Positions 1 to 9,959 are shown, counted from the first letter of the stretch. The stretch is 64,000 bases of DNA from Patescibacteria group bacterium (GCA_041650995.1 JBAZJZ010000001.1:7891-71890); one strand, 5' to 3'. Notes: generated by a model from the sequence alone, not told the origin. Numbers and translations are program-made.

Positions 1-1
1 G

Positions 2-805
2 GAAGTTGAAACGGTCTCTAATTTTCAAAACGGTTCTTTTGCTCGTGTTTTCGACGGTAACGGAAAACTTAAACGGACTGGCTTTTTTACTTATGATGGA
101 AAATATAAACCGGCAAGCCAGGTGATGATAGTTGATTTAAATCAGGATGGCCCGAAAGAAACCGTGGTGGCGGATTCGTCAAAAGTAGAAATTTTTGACA
201 GCAGCGGAAAAAAACTTTATTCATTTTTTCCGTATGACCAAAATTACGATAAAGGAATTAATTTTGCGGTCGGTGATTTAACCCATGATGGTAAAATGGA
301 AATTGTTACAGGAACTTTGCGCGGCGGCGGCCCGCATGTCAGGATTTTTAATTGGCAGGGGCGCCTGATTCATCCGGGATTTTTTGCTTACGGTAAAAAT
401 TTCCGCGGCGGAGTTTCTGTTGCCGTGGGAGATACCGATGGTAATGGCTGGCCGGAAATTATTACCGGCGCCGGTTTTGGCGGCGGACCGCATGTCAGGA
501 TTTTTTCCGGCGGGGGAAAATTAATGCATCCGGGATTTTTTGCCTATGACCCAGCTTTCCGCGGCGGAGTGAATGTGGCTATGGCTGATCTCAATGACGA
601 TGGACGAGCGGAAATAATCACGGGTCCGGGGATCGGCGGCAGTCCGGAAGTTAAAATTTTTGATGCCAAAGACCTTTCTCTTAAGGCTAAGTTTTTTGCC
701 TTTAGCGCGACGAGCCGTGGCGGGGTTGCCGTTTTTGCGGGAGATTTGGATAATGATGGAAAAGAAGAAATAGTTGCCCAAACTACAGATATATTTTCTT
801 TTTAA
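2..805 (+). CDS. FG-GAP repeat protein, 5'-truncated at the window edge. The reading frame is open from nt 2; the ORF track begins at an internal GTG at 122
   Basis: Four to five repeats of (G/A)D(L/T)xxDGxxEI(V/I)TGxGxGGGPHVRIF, characteristic of FG-GAP / integrin-alpha-like beta-propeller blades. There is no stop between nt 2 and 805 in frame 2. The same repeats occur at the C-terminus of the S8 peptidase at 22823..25051. Confidence 0.7.
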   Translation, partial: EVETVSNFQNGSFARVFDGNGKLKRTGFFTYDGKYKPASQVMIVDLNQDGPKETVVADSSKVEIFDSSGKKLYSFFPYDQNYDKGINFAVGDLTHDGKMEIVTGTLRGGGPHVRIFNWQGRLIHPGFFAYGKNFRGGVSVAVGDTDGNGWPEIITGAGFGGGPHVRIFSGGGKLMHPGFFAYDPAFRGGVNVAMADLNDDGRAEIITGPGIGGSPEVKIFDAKDLSLKAKFFAFSATSRGGVAVFAGDLDNDGKEEIVAQTTDIFSF

Positions 806-823
806 TATATAATTTAAATAATT

Positions 824-2146
824 ATGAAAAATATAAAAAATAAAAAAGAAAAAATAACAGCGTCTTCGCCAGAAGAAATGGTCTGTGTGGAATCGTCCGA
901 TAAAGAAGAAGTGGTTTGCGCAAAAGGCGGAGAAGTCGTTAGTGTTGAAGCGAAGGAATCGGAAAAACCGCAAACAAAAAATGGCGGAGTTTGGATTGGC
1001 ACAATAAATTTTTTCGCGGCTCCATATCAGGAGTTAAAAGAAAATTATGAAAAAAAATATGGCCAAGCTAAAAAATTATTTGTCATAGATTTGATTTTGC
1101 TGGGTATCATCGGACTTCTTTTTGGCTTTAATATTTATTTATTTTTAACCAAAACAACTGGCGGCTTGTCTTGGTTTAATTTTCCAGAAATTACAGCTCC
1201 CGGTGATGTTGTTTCCGAGCCGGTTGCCGGCTCGCTGCTTAAAACAGAAATGAAAATAAATGGTGAGGCACAAATAGTTTTAAATCCGGGAGAGGACCTG
1301 GAATATGTTGTTTCTTATTATAATGGCGGGAGTAAAGAACTTTATGACGTCGCTGTAAAAGTAGATTTAGCGGGCGCAGCGGTTGACCTTAGCCAATTTT
1401 CTTTGAGCCAAGGAACTTTGCGCGGCGGGGCAGTTGTTTGGACAAAAGACCAAATACCGGATTTTGTTAAATTATTGCCGGGCAAAAGCGGCGAATTAAA
1501 ATTTAAAGTCAGTACGAGCCAAATTGTGGAACCAGCCAGAGTTTTGAATTTTGGCAGTCTTCTTAAAAGTGAGTTAGAAATTTCTTATAAATTAGAAAGT
1601 AGTTTTGGGGAAGCGCATAATTTCAAAAGCGCCATCCGGGAAGATAAATTTAATTCGGATTTAGTTTTGGGAGATTACGCGAGGTATTACACGCCCGAGG
1701 GCGATCAACTGGGTTTGGGCCCCTTACCGCCGAAAGTCGGGGAGCGAACAACATATTGGGTTTTTTGGAATATAAATAATAATTTGAATGATTTAATCAA
1801 TGTTTCTGTTTCCGCGCTTTTACCGCCAAACGTTTCTTGGACAGGGAGGATGAGTGTGACTTTAGGCCAGCTAAATTACAATTCCGCCCGTCGCCAGATT
1901 AATTGGAAAGTTGGTGAAGTCGGGTGCTACACGGGGGAGGAATGGCCAAAGCTTGGCGTTGCCTTTGAGCTAGCTTTAGTGCCTACTGCGGAACAGCTTG
2001 GAAGCGAGCCGGCCCTTCTTGGCCAAGTTAAAGTTTTTGGAGAAGATAAGTTTACTGGCCAATTTTTAGAAAGAGAGGGGACGGTTCTGACGACAAATTT
2101 AATTTATGATAGTTTGGCGGAAGGAAAGGGGAGGGTGGCGAAGTAA
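824..2146 (+). CDS. hypothetical protein, N-terminal TM-anchored, 440 aa
   Basis: Complete ORF. It has a Lys/Glu-rich N-terminus followed by a hydrophobic helix (LFVIDLILLGIIGLLFGFNIYLFL). The remainder is predicted extracytoplasmic with no recognised motif. A rho-independent terminator follows. Confidence 0.45.
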   Translation: MKNIKNKKEKITASSPEEMVCVESSDKEEVVCAKGGEVVSVEAKESEKPQTKNGGVWIGTINFFAAPYQELKENYEKKYGQAKKLFVIDLILLGIIGLLFGFNIYLFLTKTTGGLSWFNFPEITAPGDVVSEPVAGSLLKTEMKINGEAQIVLNPGEDLEYVVSYYNGGSKELYDVAVKVDLAGAAVDLSQFSLSQGTLRGGAVVWTKDQIPDFVKLLPGKSGELKFKVSTSQIVEPARVLNFGSLLKSELEISYKLESSFGEAHNFKSAIREDKFNSDLVLGDYARYYTPEGDQLGLGPLPPKVGERTTYWVFWNINNNLNDLINVSVSALLPPNVSWTGRMSVTLGQLNYNSARRQINWKVGEVGCYTGEEWPKLGVAFELALVPTAEQLGSEPALLGQVKVFGEDKFTGQFLEREGTVLTTNLIYDSLAEGKGRVAK

Positions 2147-2177
2147 CTGGTAATTAGTAAATAGTAATTGGTAATTA
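2146..2177. repeat. GGTAA heptad-repeat block (NNGGTAA x4)
   Basis: ctggtaa|ttagtaa|atagtaa|ttggtaa|tt, immediately after the stop of 824..2146 and before a terminator hairpin. Confidence 0.75.
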
Positions 2178-2226
2178 AAATTTAAAGCCGGCCGAGAGGC
2201 CGGTTTTTTGTGTTGTAATTGTCCCC

Positions 2227-2255
2227 TTGACAAAACGTTTAAATTTTGCTATGAT
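2227..2255 (+). promoter_or_regulatory. sigma70-type promoter, TTGACA-N17-TATGAT
   Basis: Consensus -35 TTGACA (2227-2232), a 17-nt spacer, and -10 TATGAT (2250-2255) lie immediately upstream of the GT4 gene. This suggests translation may start at the second Met (nt 2306). Confidence 0.55.
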
Positions 2256-2269
2256 TTAGGGTCATAAAA

Positions 2270-3451
2270 ATGACAGAAATAGGCCTTTATTATAAGCCTT
2301 TTATTATGCGTATTGCCATGGTTGGACAAAAAGGAATACCAGCTGTCTACGGGGGCATTGAACGCCACGTAGAGGAATTAAGCGCTCGTTTAGCCGAGGG
2401 CGGTTTTGATGTTACGGTTTTTTGCCGGCCGTGGTATGGAAATAAATCAGAAGTAAAAAATGAAAAGTTAAAAGTTTATAAAGGTATTAATCTGGCTTAT
2501 TTGCCATCTTTAAAAACCAAACATTTTGACGCGATTTCTCATACTTTTTTGGCGACGATTTACGCGATGATTGGTAAGTTTGATATTATTCATTATCACG
2601 GTGTTGGACCAGCTTTACTCTCTTTTCTGCCTAGAATTTTTTGTCGCAAAACAAAAGTTATCACCACTTTCCATTGTATTGATCGCAAGCATCAAAAGTG
2701 GGGATTGTTTGCCAAGATTATGCTTCGGGCGGGGGAGTGGGCGGCTTGTCGTTTTGCTCACGAAACAATCACGGTTTCAAAAACCTTACAGCAATATTGC
2801 TCCGAGGCTTATGATAAGGATACGGCTTATGTTCCGAATGGCGTAAACGTGGTGGAGAGTTCTCCAAATCCGTCTTCGGAAATTTTGAAAAAATTTAATT
2901 TGGAAAAGAATAAATATTTATTGATGGTTTCCCGTTTGGTTCGCCACAAAGGCGCGCATTATTTAGTGCAAGCATTTCGCGATCTTAAAGAAAAAGACGC
3001 AACTTTCCGAGATTTGAAGTTGGTTTTTGCCGGGGATTCCGCCTTTACCGATGATTATGTAAAAGAATTAAAAAATTCAGCCAAAGATGATTTAAATATT
3101 GTGTTTGTCGGGTTTCAGTCCGGTCGGCCGCTTGAAGATTTATTTTTGAATTCTTTGGCAGTAGTCCATCCTTCAGAATCAGAAGGATTGCCCATTGCCG
3201 TGCTTGAAGCCATGAGTTATGGAAAAGTTGTTTTGGCCTCGGATATTCCGGAAAATATGGAATTGATTAAAGATTATGGTTTCAGTTTTCAAAATAAAAA
3301 TATCGGCGATTTAACACAACAGCTTAAGGAAGTTTTGCCGCGCCATGATCTTTGGGAAAAAGGAGAAGAAGCAAAAAAATTCGTTGCCAAAAATTACAGC
3401 TGGGATTTTGTTGTCTCGGAAGTGAGAAAAGTTTATCAAAGTTTATATTAA
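2270..3451 (+). CDS. glycosyltransferase family 4 (GT-B fold). The likely true start is at MRIAMVGQKG, nt 2306
   Basis: N-terminal MRIAMVGQKGIPAVYGGIERHVEEL and C-terminal ...HPSESEGLPIAVLEAMSYGKVVLASDIPEN (an EX7E-like motif) are typical of GT4 retaining glycosyltransferases. It is a paralog of 55902..57044. Confidence 0.8.
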   Translation: MTEIGLYYKPFIMRIAMVGQKGIPAVYGGIERHVEELSARLAEGGFDVTVFCRPWYGNKSEVKNEKLKVYKGINLAYLPSLKTKHFDAISHTFLATIYAMIGKFDIIHYHGVGPALLSFLPRIFCRKTKVITTFHCIDRKHQKWGLFAKIMLRAGEWAACRFAHETITVSKTLQQYCSEAYDKDTAYVPNGVNVVESSPNPSSEILKKFNLEKNKYLLMVSRLVRHKGAHYLVQAFRDLKEKDATFRDLKLVFAGDSAFTDDYVKELKNSAKDDLNIVFVGFQSGRPLEDLFLNSLAVVHPSESEGLPIAVLEAMSYGKVVLASDIPENMELIKDYGFSFQNKNIGDLTQQLKEVLPRHDLWEKGEEAKKFVAKNYSWDFVVSEVRKVYQSLY

Positions 3452-3508
3452 AATAGAAAGAATATAAAAAAGACTGGGGGTAATTCCTCAGTCTTTTTAT
3501 CCCCGAAA

Positions 3509-3784
3509 TTATTCCGTAGCCTTTGGGTTTGGAGAATAAAGAGTATTTTTTATCCGCCATTTTTCTACGTATTGCCCAAGTCCTTTTGTTTCAGTTTTAT
3601 ATTTTACAAGCGGTCGCTGTTGGGACCATTTCACAAGGCTCGCGAAGTCGATTTTATATCTTCCGCGGACGACGACATAACGCAGAGATTGATCTTTTAG
3701 TGCCCGGCGGATGGTGAGGGGGTTAACCCCAAAAAGGCGAGCGGCCTCCGACACGGAAACACGGATTGGATTTTGATTGGCCAT
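3509..3784 (-). CDS. helix-turn-helix DNA-binding protein (excisionase/MerR-like HTH)
   Basis: The N-terminal motif RVSVSEAARLFGVNPLTIRRAL matches the excisionase-family HTH pattern. It is 91 aa and sits adjacent to a REP repeat copy. Confidence 0.55.
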   Translation of the reverse strand: MANQNPIRVSVSEAARLFGVNPLTIRRALKDQSLRYVVVRGRYKIDFASLVKWSQQRPLVKYKTETKGLGQYVEKWRIKNTLYSPNPKATE

Positions 3785-3819
3785 AAGTTGATAATAATGT
3801 GTAAATTATTTATTAAGGA

Positions 3820-3870
3820 GTGACACGCTTTAGCGTGTTATCGGTGTAACAGCCTAAAGGCTGTCAGTCC
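3820..3870. repeat. REP-like double-hairpin repeat, solitary copy in reverse orientation
   Basis: gtgACACGCtttaGCGTGTtatcggtgtaACAGCCtaaaGGCTGTcagtcc is the reverse complement of the unit that is repeated many times at 10040-11166 around the RAYT gene. Confidence 0.8.
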
Positions 3871-4130
3871 AGCCCATTTGATAAATTAATTTTATTTAAT
3901 TATTTTATTGATTTAAAAATTTAAAATTAATAGATTAAAACCTTGCCAAAAGTTTATATTATTGTTAAGGTAATGTATAAATTAATGTCTACATTTATAT
4001 TATAAAACATTGATTTTATTTGTAAAGATTTGGGGTGTGGATAAATAAGATAATATTAATCTAAACATTTTGTATATAATATCTTTAACATCAAAATGGT
4101 AAAACACGGAAGTCGAGACAGTGAAATTAT

Positions 4131-4159
4131 TTGTAATTTTAGCGGTTTTTCTCTATAAT
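4131..4159 (+). promoter_or_regulatory. sigma70-type promoter, TTGTAA-N17-TATAAT, for the ECF sigma operon
   Basis: TTGTAA (4131-4136), a 17-nt spacer, and TATAAT (4154-4159) lie 34 nt upstream of the ATG at 4193. Confidence 0.5.
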
Positions 4160-4192
4160 GAGGCTGTAACAAAATTCTAAAAAATCGTCTCA

Positions 4193-4801
4193 ATGAGTAG
4201 AAGCTTGAAAGAACAATATCTTTTCCTTAAATTGCGCGCCACCCGTGACCCAGAGGTCTTCGGCAAACTTTACGATATTTATGTTGATCAGATTTATCGG
4301 TTTATCTATTTTAAAGTCGGCCGAAAGGAAGAAGCAGAAGATTTAACGGGTGATGTTTTCTTGAAAACCTGGCAATACATAAATGAAATGGGTTCGGAAG
4401 TGATTGATAATCTGCGCGCCTTTCTTTATCAAACCGCGAGAAATACTGTAATAGATTTTTACCGTTCGCGAGATCAAAAAGAATTTGTCGCCTTGCCGCA
4501 AGAAAGCGATGAAGAAAAATCGGCCGCTGTGGAAATAGTTGATGAGAAGCAGGATTTGGTGGAAAAAATTGAACTGGCCTCAGACCTTGAAGAAGTTAAA
4601 AAAGCTTTACAAAAAATAAGAGAAGAATATCGCGAAATAATAATTCTCAGATTTATTGAAGAAATGAGCGTGAAAGAAACAGCGGAAATTTTAGGAAAAT
4701 CGGAAGGGGCGGTTAGAGTTCTGCTCCACCGCGCCGTCGCCGCCTTAAAAGAAGAAGCCACGCGAAAAGTTTTAGCGAAAAATCAAAATTATGTCCACTG
4801 A
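4193..4801 (+). CDS. RNA polymerase sigma-70 family, ECF-type sigma factor
   Basis: Region 2 is recognisable (FGKLYDIYVDQIYRFIYFKV...TGDVFLKTW). Region 4 has an HTH (MSVKETAEILGKSEGAVRVLLHRAVAALK). The length is 202 aa. Confidence 0.85.
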   Translation: MSRSLKEQYLFLKLRATRDPEVFGKLYDIYVDQIYRFIYFKVGRKEEAEDLTGDVFLKTWQYINEMGSEVIDNLRAFLYQTARNTVIDFYRSRDQKEFVALPQESDEEKSAAVEIVDEKQDLVEKIELASDLEEVKKALQKIREEYREIIILRFIEEMSVKETAEILGKSEGAVRVLLHRAVAALKEEATRKVLAKNQNYVH

Positions 4802-6059
4802 TTTGATAAAAAAACTCAAAGGGCTAAAGAGAATTGAAGCAAGGACCGAATGGAAAAAATCCAATCGGGAATTTTTGATGTCGCAGATTGAGAATAATTT
4901 AAGTGAGAATTCTATAAATGAAGGTTGGGCGTTGGAGTTATCAAAAATCGTTTTTCCTTGGAAAGTAATGAAATTAGTAGCCCGTCCGGCCATGGCTCTT
5001 GTAACAGTTGCCGCACTTGTTTTGGGTAGCGGTCTGTCTGTTTCCGCTTCGCAATTGGCGTTGCCTGGCGACGCGCTTTATGGTTTGAAGATTGCTTCCG
5101 AAAAAGTGCAGGTGGCTCTGACTTTTGATAAAAAAGAATCGGCAAAAATGCACGTTGAGCTGGCTGGAAAAAGAATAAATGAAATAAAGAAAATAAAAGA
5201 AAATACTGATTCGGTTGAGAAAAAAACTAAGAAAATTAATGTTGCCATGGATAAATTTAAAGAAGAAATTTCTACAGTGCAAAATAAATTAGATAATCTA
5301 AACAAAGAATCGTCTCCTGAGGCTACGGTTGAGGTGGCTAAAATTATTGACAACAAAACAGCTGAGTATCAGAAAGATTTGGTTACGGCTACGAATGAAT
5401 TACCCACGTTGAATGGAGCGGCGAAAAACATAAATCAGAGTTTGGACTTAGCGGATAAAACAAGCGATGCAGCCTTGGCTTTAGTTGTGGAAAAACATGT
5501 TCAAGGAGTTGTGATTTTGACAGGAGAATCCGAGGGAGATGTTTTAAAAAGAGTCGGTGAAAAAATTGAAATCATAGAAGAAAAAGTAGAGGCAGTTTCG
5601 GGACAAGCAAGCGGCTTGACCTTACCAGTTGATCCGGCCGCGACCCTTGTGGCTCAACAGACGGTCGGCCAGGCAAAAGTTGTTTTAGGGGAAGCTCGCG
5701 AAGCTTTAAATAAAAAAGATTTGAGCATTGCCTTAACTAAAGCTATTGAAAGTAAAGAGTTGGCCAGGCAAGCGGAGCAGATAGCCACCGAAGCAGTTGC
5801 CGCTGTTCCCGCCCTGACAGAAGTTGCGGATTGTGGCGAAGCTTGTGGCGAGAATGTCACAGAACAAAATCCTGATTTGACGGATACCGCAGAGAATGTT
5901 ACAAACACTAAAACCGAAGTGAATACAAATACCAACACAGTAAAAACATACATCCCGGTCAAAGTTGTCACGCCGCCTCCGCCGGCCGAGCCAGTTATTG
6001 ATGAAAGCACTTTAAAAGTAGGGATTGACATAGTGCAGGAGCCGACAGCCACAGAGTAA
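4791..6059 (+). CDS. putative anti-sigma factor / DUF5667-like single-pass membrane protein
   Basis: Its start overlaps the sigma-factor stop (ATGTCCACTGA). It has a short cytoplasmic N-terminus, one TM helix (ARPAMALVTVAALVLGSGLSV), and a periplasmic segment (QLALPGDALYGLKIASEKVQVAL) resembling DUF5667, followed by a long coiled coil. Confidence 0.5.
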   Translation: MSTDLIKKLKGLKRIEARTEWKKSNREFLMSQIENNLSENSINEGWALELSKIVFPWKVMKLVARPAMALVTVAALVLGSGLSVSASQLALPGDALYGLKIASEKVQVALTFDKKESAKMHVELAGKRINEIKKIKENTDSVEKKTKKINVAMDKFKEEISTVQNKLDNLNKESSPEATVEVAKIIDNKTAEYQKDLVTATNELPTLNGAAKNINQSLDLADKTSDAALALVVEKHVQGVVILTGESEGDVLKRVGEKIEIIEEKVEAVSGQASGLTLPVDPAATLVAQQTVGQAKVVLGEAREALNKKDLSIALTKAIESKELARQAEQIATEAVAAVPALTEVADCGEACGENVTEQNPDLTDTAENVTNTKTEVNTNTNTVKTYIPVKVVTPPPPAEPVIDESTLKVGIDIVQEPTATE

Positions 6060-6194
6060 TTTTAATTTTTAATTCTTAAATTTATAAATCGATAAAAGCA
6101 TAAAGGTCGACCCAAATGGGGCTTTTGTCATTAATAAAAATAAACACGAATTGAAAACCAAGAAATAAACGCGAGTTTATTCTTAGTTTGGTTC

Positions 6195-9100
6195 GTGGCA
6201 AAACAAGAAATTTACTTTATGAACGATTTGATTAAAAGCGGGAAGAAAGTCTTCACGTTTGCCGTTGTTCTTACCACAATCGTTTGGTCAATCGGAGTTG
6301 GCGCTTTGGCACTGCCATTAGCTGCTAATGCCGTGACATCTGGCGATTTGATTAAGGGCTCTGGCACCGCCGTTTATTATTACGGCGCGGACGCGAAGAG
6401 ATATGTATTCCCATATCAGGCTGCTTATGCGTCATGGTATGGCTCCACCTTTGGTGCTGTCACCACTATGACCGACGCAGATTTAATTGCCATTCCTTTT
6501 GGCGGTAACGTGACTGTTCGTCCGGGCAAATTAGCCCAGATTGTCAGCATGGATTCTCCTTGGATGGTAATGGATCCTAAAGTTTACGCCGTAGAAAAAG
6601 ACAACGTTCTTCGCTGGGTTAAATCCGCGGACGTCGCTGTCGCCATCTTCGGCGCGACCTGGGAATCACAGATTGTCGCTATTCCAGAAGCTCTCCTCAC
6701 CAATTACACAATTGGCGCGGAAATCAATGCTGCTGGTGACTACAGTTTAGCCACTCAGCAAGCTGTTGCCTCAATCAATGAGTGCAAAGGTTTGACCGGC
6801 GTTTCCGGTGGTGGAGCCTTAACAGTCTCCTTAGCCTCCGACACTCCGGCTGCCGCTTCAGTGCCAAAGAGCGCGGCTGACGTTAACTTCACAAAGGTTA
6901 ACTTCACTGCTGGCGCCGCTGATGTTGTCATTACCGGCCTTAAGGTCACACGATCCGGTCTTGGTATTGACGCGAATTTAAGCGCCGTGAAACTTTTTGT
7001 TGATGGCGTGCAACGCGGCACTTCTCAGAGTTTAGGTTCGCTTCATCAAGCAACCTTCTCTTTGACCTCAAACCCGATTACGATTTCTGCCGGCACCACA
7101 AAAGCGGTTATGTTGGCTGCTGATATTGCTGCCGCGACCGCGTTTGATCAGCATATCTTGGGCATTGCCAATGTTGCTGATATTACCACAACTTCATCAG
7201 TTTCCGGCACGTTCCCAATCAATGGTAACGTGATGTCTTTGGTCAACACTTCAATCGGTTCCGCCACAATTTCAGGCGGTCCATTGAATCCGGGCTCTTC
7301 GTCAGGCGATGTCGGAATTGATCCGGCCGCGGTTGGTTTTAGATTTTCACAGATTAAAATTGCCGCTGGCTCAGTCGAGCCGATCGTTGTTGATCAGATC
7401 AGCGCCATCAAAAATGGCACTGCTGCCAACACTGATGTCAAAAATATTGAACTCTTCAACGATACAGCTGGCGTTTCTTTAGGAACTGTGACTGGTTTGG
7501 ATTCAAACGGCAAAGCCGTATTTTCAAACCTGAATCTAACAGTTGCCAAGGGCGCTTATGTTGAATTGTCAATTAAGGCCGATATGGCTGGCGGTTCTGG
7601 CAGAACAATCGGTTTTGACGTCCATGATGGCACATCATTCTCCGGCATGATAAAGGGTGGAACCTTTAACTTTGGTATTACCCCGACCTTTACCAACACG
7701 GTTGCTTTCTGCGACACTGGTGTTACAGATTACACCTGTCAAAGACAAACAATTAATCAGGGCTATTTAACAGTTTCAAAGAGCGCTTTAGCTCCGGCCA
7801 CTAGCAAAGTTGCCGTGGGCGGATCAAACGTTCCTTTGATGGCCTTTGATTTTGTCGTGGCTGGCGAGCCGATCAATGTCACTTCAACAGTGGTTCGTTA
7901 CACCACTGCCGATGGCACTGGTACAGGTGGAACTGGTATTAGAACGTATGTTACTAATTTCACATTAGTAACAGCTGACGGCACCATTTTGGCTGGTCCA
8001 AAAGATGGCGCTACCACCAACAACAGCGTTGGTACGGAAACATTGACCATTACTGATGGTTACACTTTGCCGGTTGGCACAACTGTGGTTTATGCTAAAG
8101 CGAATTTGGACACAAGAATGACCGCTGGAAACACGATTGTTGTTGATATGCAGACCAGCGCGATTACTGGCAAAGGCGCGAATTCTGGCAAAACCACTTA
8201 CACCACTTCAACCGGCGGAACCGTTCCTCCGGCATCTATAATCACTGGCAACACGATGACTTTGCAAGGTCCGGTATTAGCCGTCACCACAGCCGCGACT
8301 CCGGTTGTCGGCAATATGGTGGTTAACGCGCAGGATCAGGTTCTTGCCTATTTTGATTTGGATGCTTCAGGTGGTGGTGAAAACATCAGAATTTCAGCTA
8401 TTACCGTAACGGCTACTGACGCAGTAGCTGCCTCACGCCCGGTCGCTGACTTCAACAATTTTGAACTTTGGGGCGATCCGGATAACACTGACGCCACAGC
8501 AGTGAATGAACGCTTGGTGACTTCAAATTCAACCGCCACAATGGTTGACGGAGGCGCTACGACAGCGACACTGGCGTTTACGTTCCAAACCCCAATCGTT
8601 GTTTCTAAAACAGCAACTTCTCGCCTAACTTTAAAAGCAGATGTTGTTGGTAATACTACTTCTGTGACTGCATGGAATGTTGCCGCAGGCGGAGATGTTA
8701 CTGCGATTGGCGCGACTACTGGTAATACAGCCTCAAAGAGCGTTTCGGGGAATGGACAACAGCAGTCAACCCAGGCAAGCGGCACTTTGAAGGTTGAAAA
8801 AGCGGCTGATATGCCGTCTGCTGTTCAGCTCGTTTCGTCCTCAACCGGCAATGAAGTGATGAAATACAAATTCACCACTCAATATGAGCCAGTTGACATC
8901 ACGACGATCGGTCTCTTCTGCGGTAACAACGCTCAAGGCGGCACAAGCTGCACTTTGGGCAACATCGCGAAACTTTATGTTTATGCTGATGGTGTCTTGG
9001 TCGGCAATACCGGAGGCTACTCTTTAGATGCCAATGGTCTCGCTACCGTTGTCTTGGATAGCGGAACTTTGGTTATTCCAAAGGACAGCTATAAGACAAT

Positions 9101-9959
9101 CACCATCAAGGCTGATTTGCCTGACAAGACTCAGGTGACGACCTCTGCTGGTGCTTTGATCCAAATTGGTATTGAAGCCGCGAAGACAAATGGCACGGTC
9201 AGAGATGAGGATAATACTTGGGGCGATGGAGCTGGCGACCAGGACTACTGGATTATTGCGACTGGCCAATCTTCAGGCGCGATAATTGACAAAGATACCA
9301 TTAACAGTGCGGCGCATGCCACAACTGGCCAAGTCTTTGCTTCAAATGGCTTCAGTGCTCACAAAGGTATCTTAACTGTCAGCTTGAACGCTTCTTCACC
9401 TTCCGGCACTCAAACCGCTGGCTTGAATAAGGAAGTCTTAAGACTCAACCTTACTGCCACTGGTGATGATATCACTATCAGAGAATTGGAAATGGTGAAC
9501 AGCGGCACAGCGACTATCTCCGGTACTGGCGACTTAACCGTGAAGAGCGATGATCTTGGCACAACTTATGCCACGGTCGTGACTGCCAACGCCAACACTT
9601 ATGGCGGCAGCACTGCTCCTCTCGCGGCTCAGTTGTCAATTGGTCCGAATGGCTGCACCGTTGGTGCTGCTGACGGCACTGGTGATAAATGCGCTGCTGG
9701 TTGGGCTGCGGCCGACAATCTCCAGATTGCGGCTGGTACCACGAAAGTCATCAGAATCTTTGGTGACACGACTGGCGCCCTTTCAACCAAAACCTACCAG
9801 ATGTCAGTCAGCAACTCTGCCGCGAATAAGACCACCATGTTTGGTGTGACTTATCGCGACAGCTCTGGCACTGATGTCGGCGATAGGACTGGTTCAGCGG
9901 ACAGCACACATCCAGCAACCAAGAATCTGCCTTTGACTGGCGGAAGCTTGAGCTACTAA
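6195..9959 (+). CDS. giant secreted/surface protein (1254 aa), Thr/Ser/Gly/Ala-rich, with an N-proximal conserved ~150-aa module shared with four other surface proteins
   Basis: It has a signal/anchor sequence (FTFAVVLTTIVWSIGVGALALPLAANA). Residues ~50-195 (GDLIKGSGTAVYYYGADAKRYVFP...SW...VRPGKLAQIV...KVYAVE..VLRWV...VAIPE) are homologous to the C-terminal domains of 12306, 14910, 17833 and 20852. The rest is beta-rich low-complexity sequence. A terminator follows at 9986-10016. Confidence 0.7.
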   Translation: MAKQEIYFMNDLIKSGKKVFTFAVVLTTIVWSIGVGALALPLAANAVTSGDLIKGSGTAVYYYGADAKRYVFPYQAAYASWYGSTFGAVTTMTDADLIAIPFGGNVTVRPGKLAQIVSMDSPWMVMDPKVYAVEKDNVLRWVKSADVAVAIFGATWESQIVAIPEALLTNYTIGAEINAAGDYSLATQQAVASINECKGLTGVSGGGALTVSLASDTPAAASVPKSAADVNFTKVNFTAGAADVVITGLKVTRSGLGIDANLSAVKLFVDGVQRGTSQSLGSLHQATFSLTSNPITISAGTTKAVMLAADIAAATAFDQHILGIANVADITTTSSVSGTFPINGNVMSLVNTSIGSATISGGPLNPGSSSGDVGIDPAAVGFRFSQIKIAAGSVEPIVVDQISAIKNGTAANTDVKNIELFNDTAGVSLGTVTGLDSNGKAVFSNLNLTVAKGAYVELSIKADMAGGSGRTIGFDVHDGTSFSGMIKGGTFNFGITPTFTNTVAFCDTGVTDYTCQRQTINQGYLTVSKSALAPATSKVAVGGSNVPLMAFDFVVAGEPINVTSTVVRYTTADGTGTGGTGIRTYVTNFTLVTADGTILAGPKDGATTNNSVGTETLTITDGYTLPVGTTVVYAKANLDTRMTAGNTIVVDMQTSAITGKGANSGKTTYTTSTGGTVPPASIITGNTMTLQGPVLAVTTAATPVVGNMVVNAQDQVLAYFDLDASGGGENIRISAITVTATDAVAASRPVADFNNFELWGDPDNTDATAVNERLVTSNSTATMVDGGATTATLAFTFQTPIVVSKTATSRLTLKADVVGNTTSVTAWNVAAGGDVTAIGATTGNTASKSVSGNGQQQSTQASGTLKVEKAADMPSAVQLVSSSTGNEVMKYKFTTQYEPVDITTIGLFCGNNAQGGTSCTLGNIAKLYVYADGVLVGNTGGYSLDANGLATVVLDSGTLVIPKDSYKTITIKADLPDKTQVTTSAGALIQIGIEAAKTNGTVRDEDNTWGDGAGDQDYWIIATGQSSGAIIDKDTINSAAHATTGQVFASNGFSAHKGILTVSLNASSPSGTQTAGLNKEVLRLNLTATGDDITIRELEMVNSGTATISGTGDLTVKSDDLGTTYATVVTANANTYGGSTAPLAAQLSIGPNGCTVGAADGTGDKCAAGWAAADNLQIAAGTTKVIRIFGDTTGALSTKTYQMSVSNSAANKTTMFGVTYRDSSGTDVGDRTGSADSTHPATKNLPLTGGSLSY

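Noticed and set aside
4799-4801. Possibility of an alternative genetic code (UGA or UAG recoding) suggested by the in-frame TAG in the DUF559 gene
   Set aside because: TGA and TAA terminate many clearly full-length housekeeping genes. For example, the sigma factor ends in TGA, and pyrG, murA and rfbB have normal lengths. No other gene needs read-through, so the standard code 11 applies and the DUF559 TAG is a local lesion.
6755-9269. Numerous 60-150-aa antisense or out-of-frame ORFs inside the large surface-protein genes and other long genes (e.g. 6755..7021, 8348..8785, 15659..15979, 21511..21795)
   Set aside because: They lie entirely within longer, well-supported ORFs whose repetitive Ala/Thr/Gly-rich coding generates open frames on the opposite strand. 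They have no independent start context or conservation signal.
9920-9959. LPLTG sequence at the extreme C-terminus of the 1254-aa surface protein (possible sortase LPXTG signal)
   Set aside because: Only five residues (GSLSY) follow the motif. There is no hydrophobic membrane-spanning segment or positively charged tail, so it is not a functional sorting signal.
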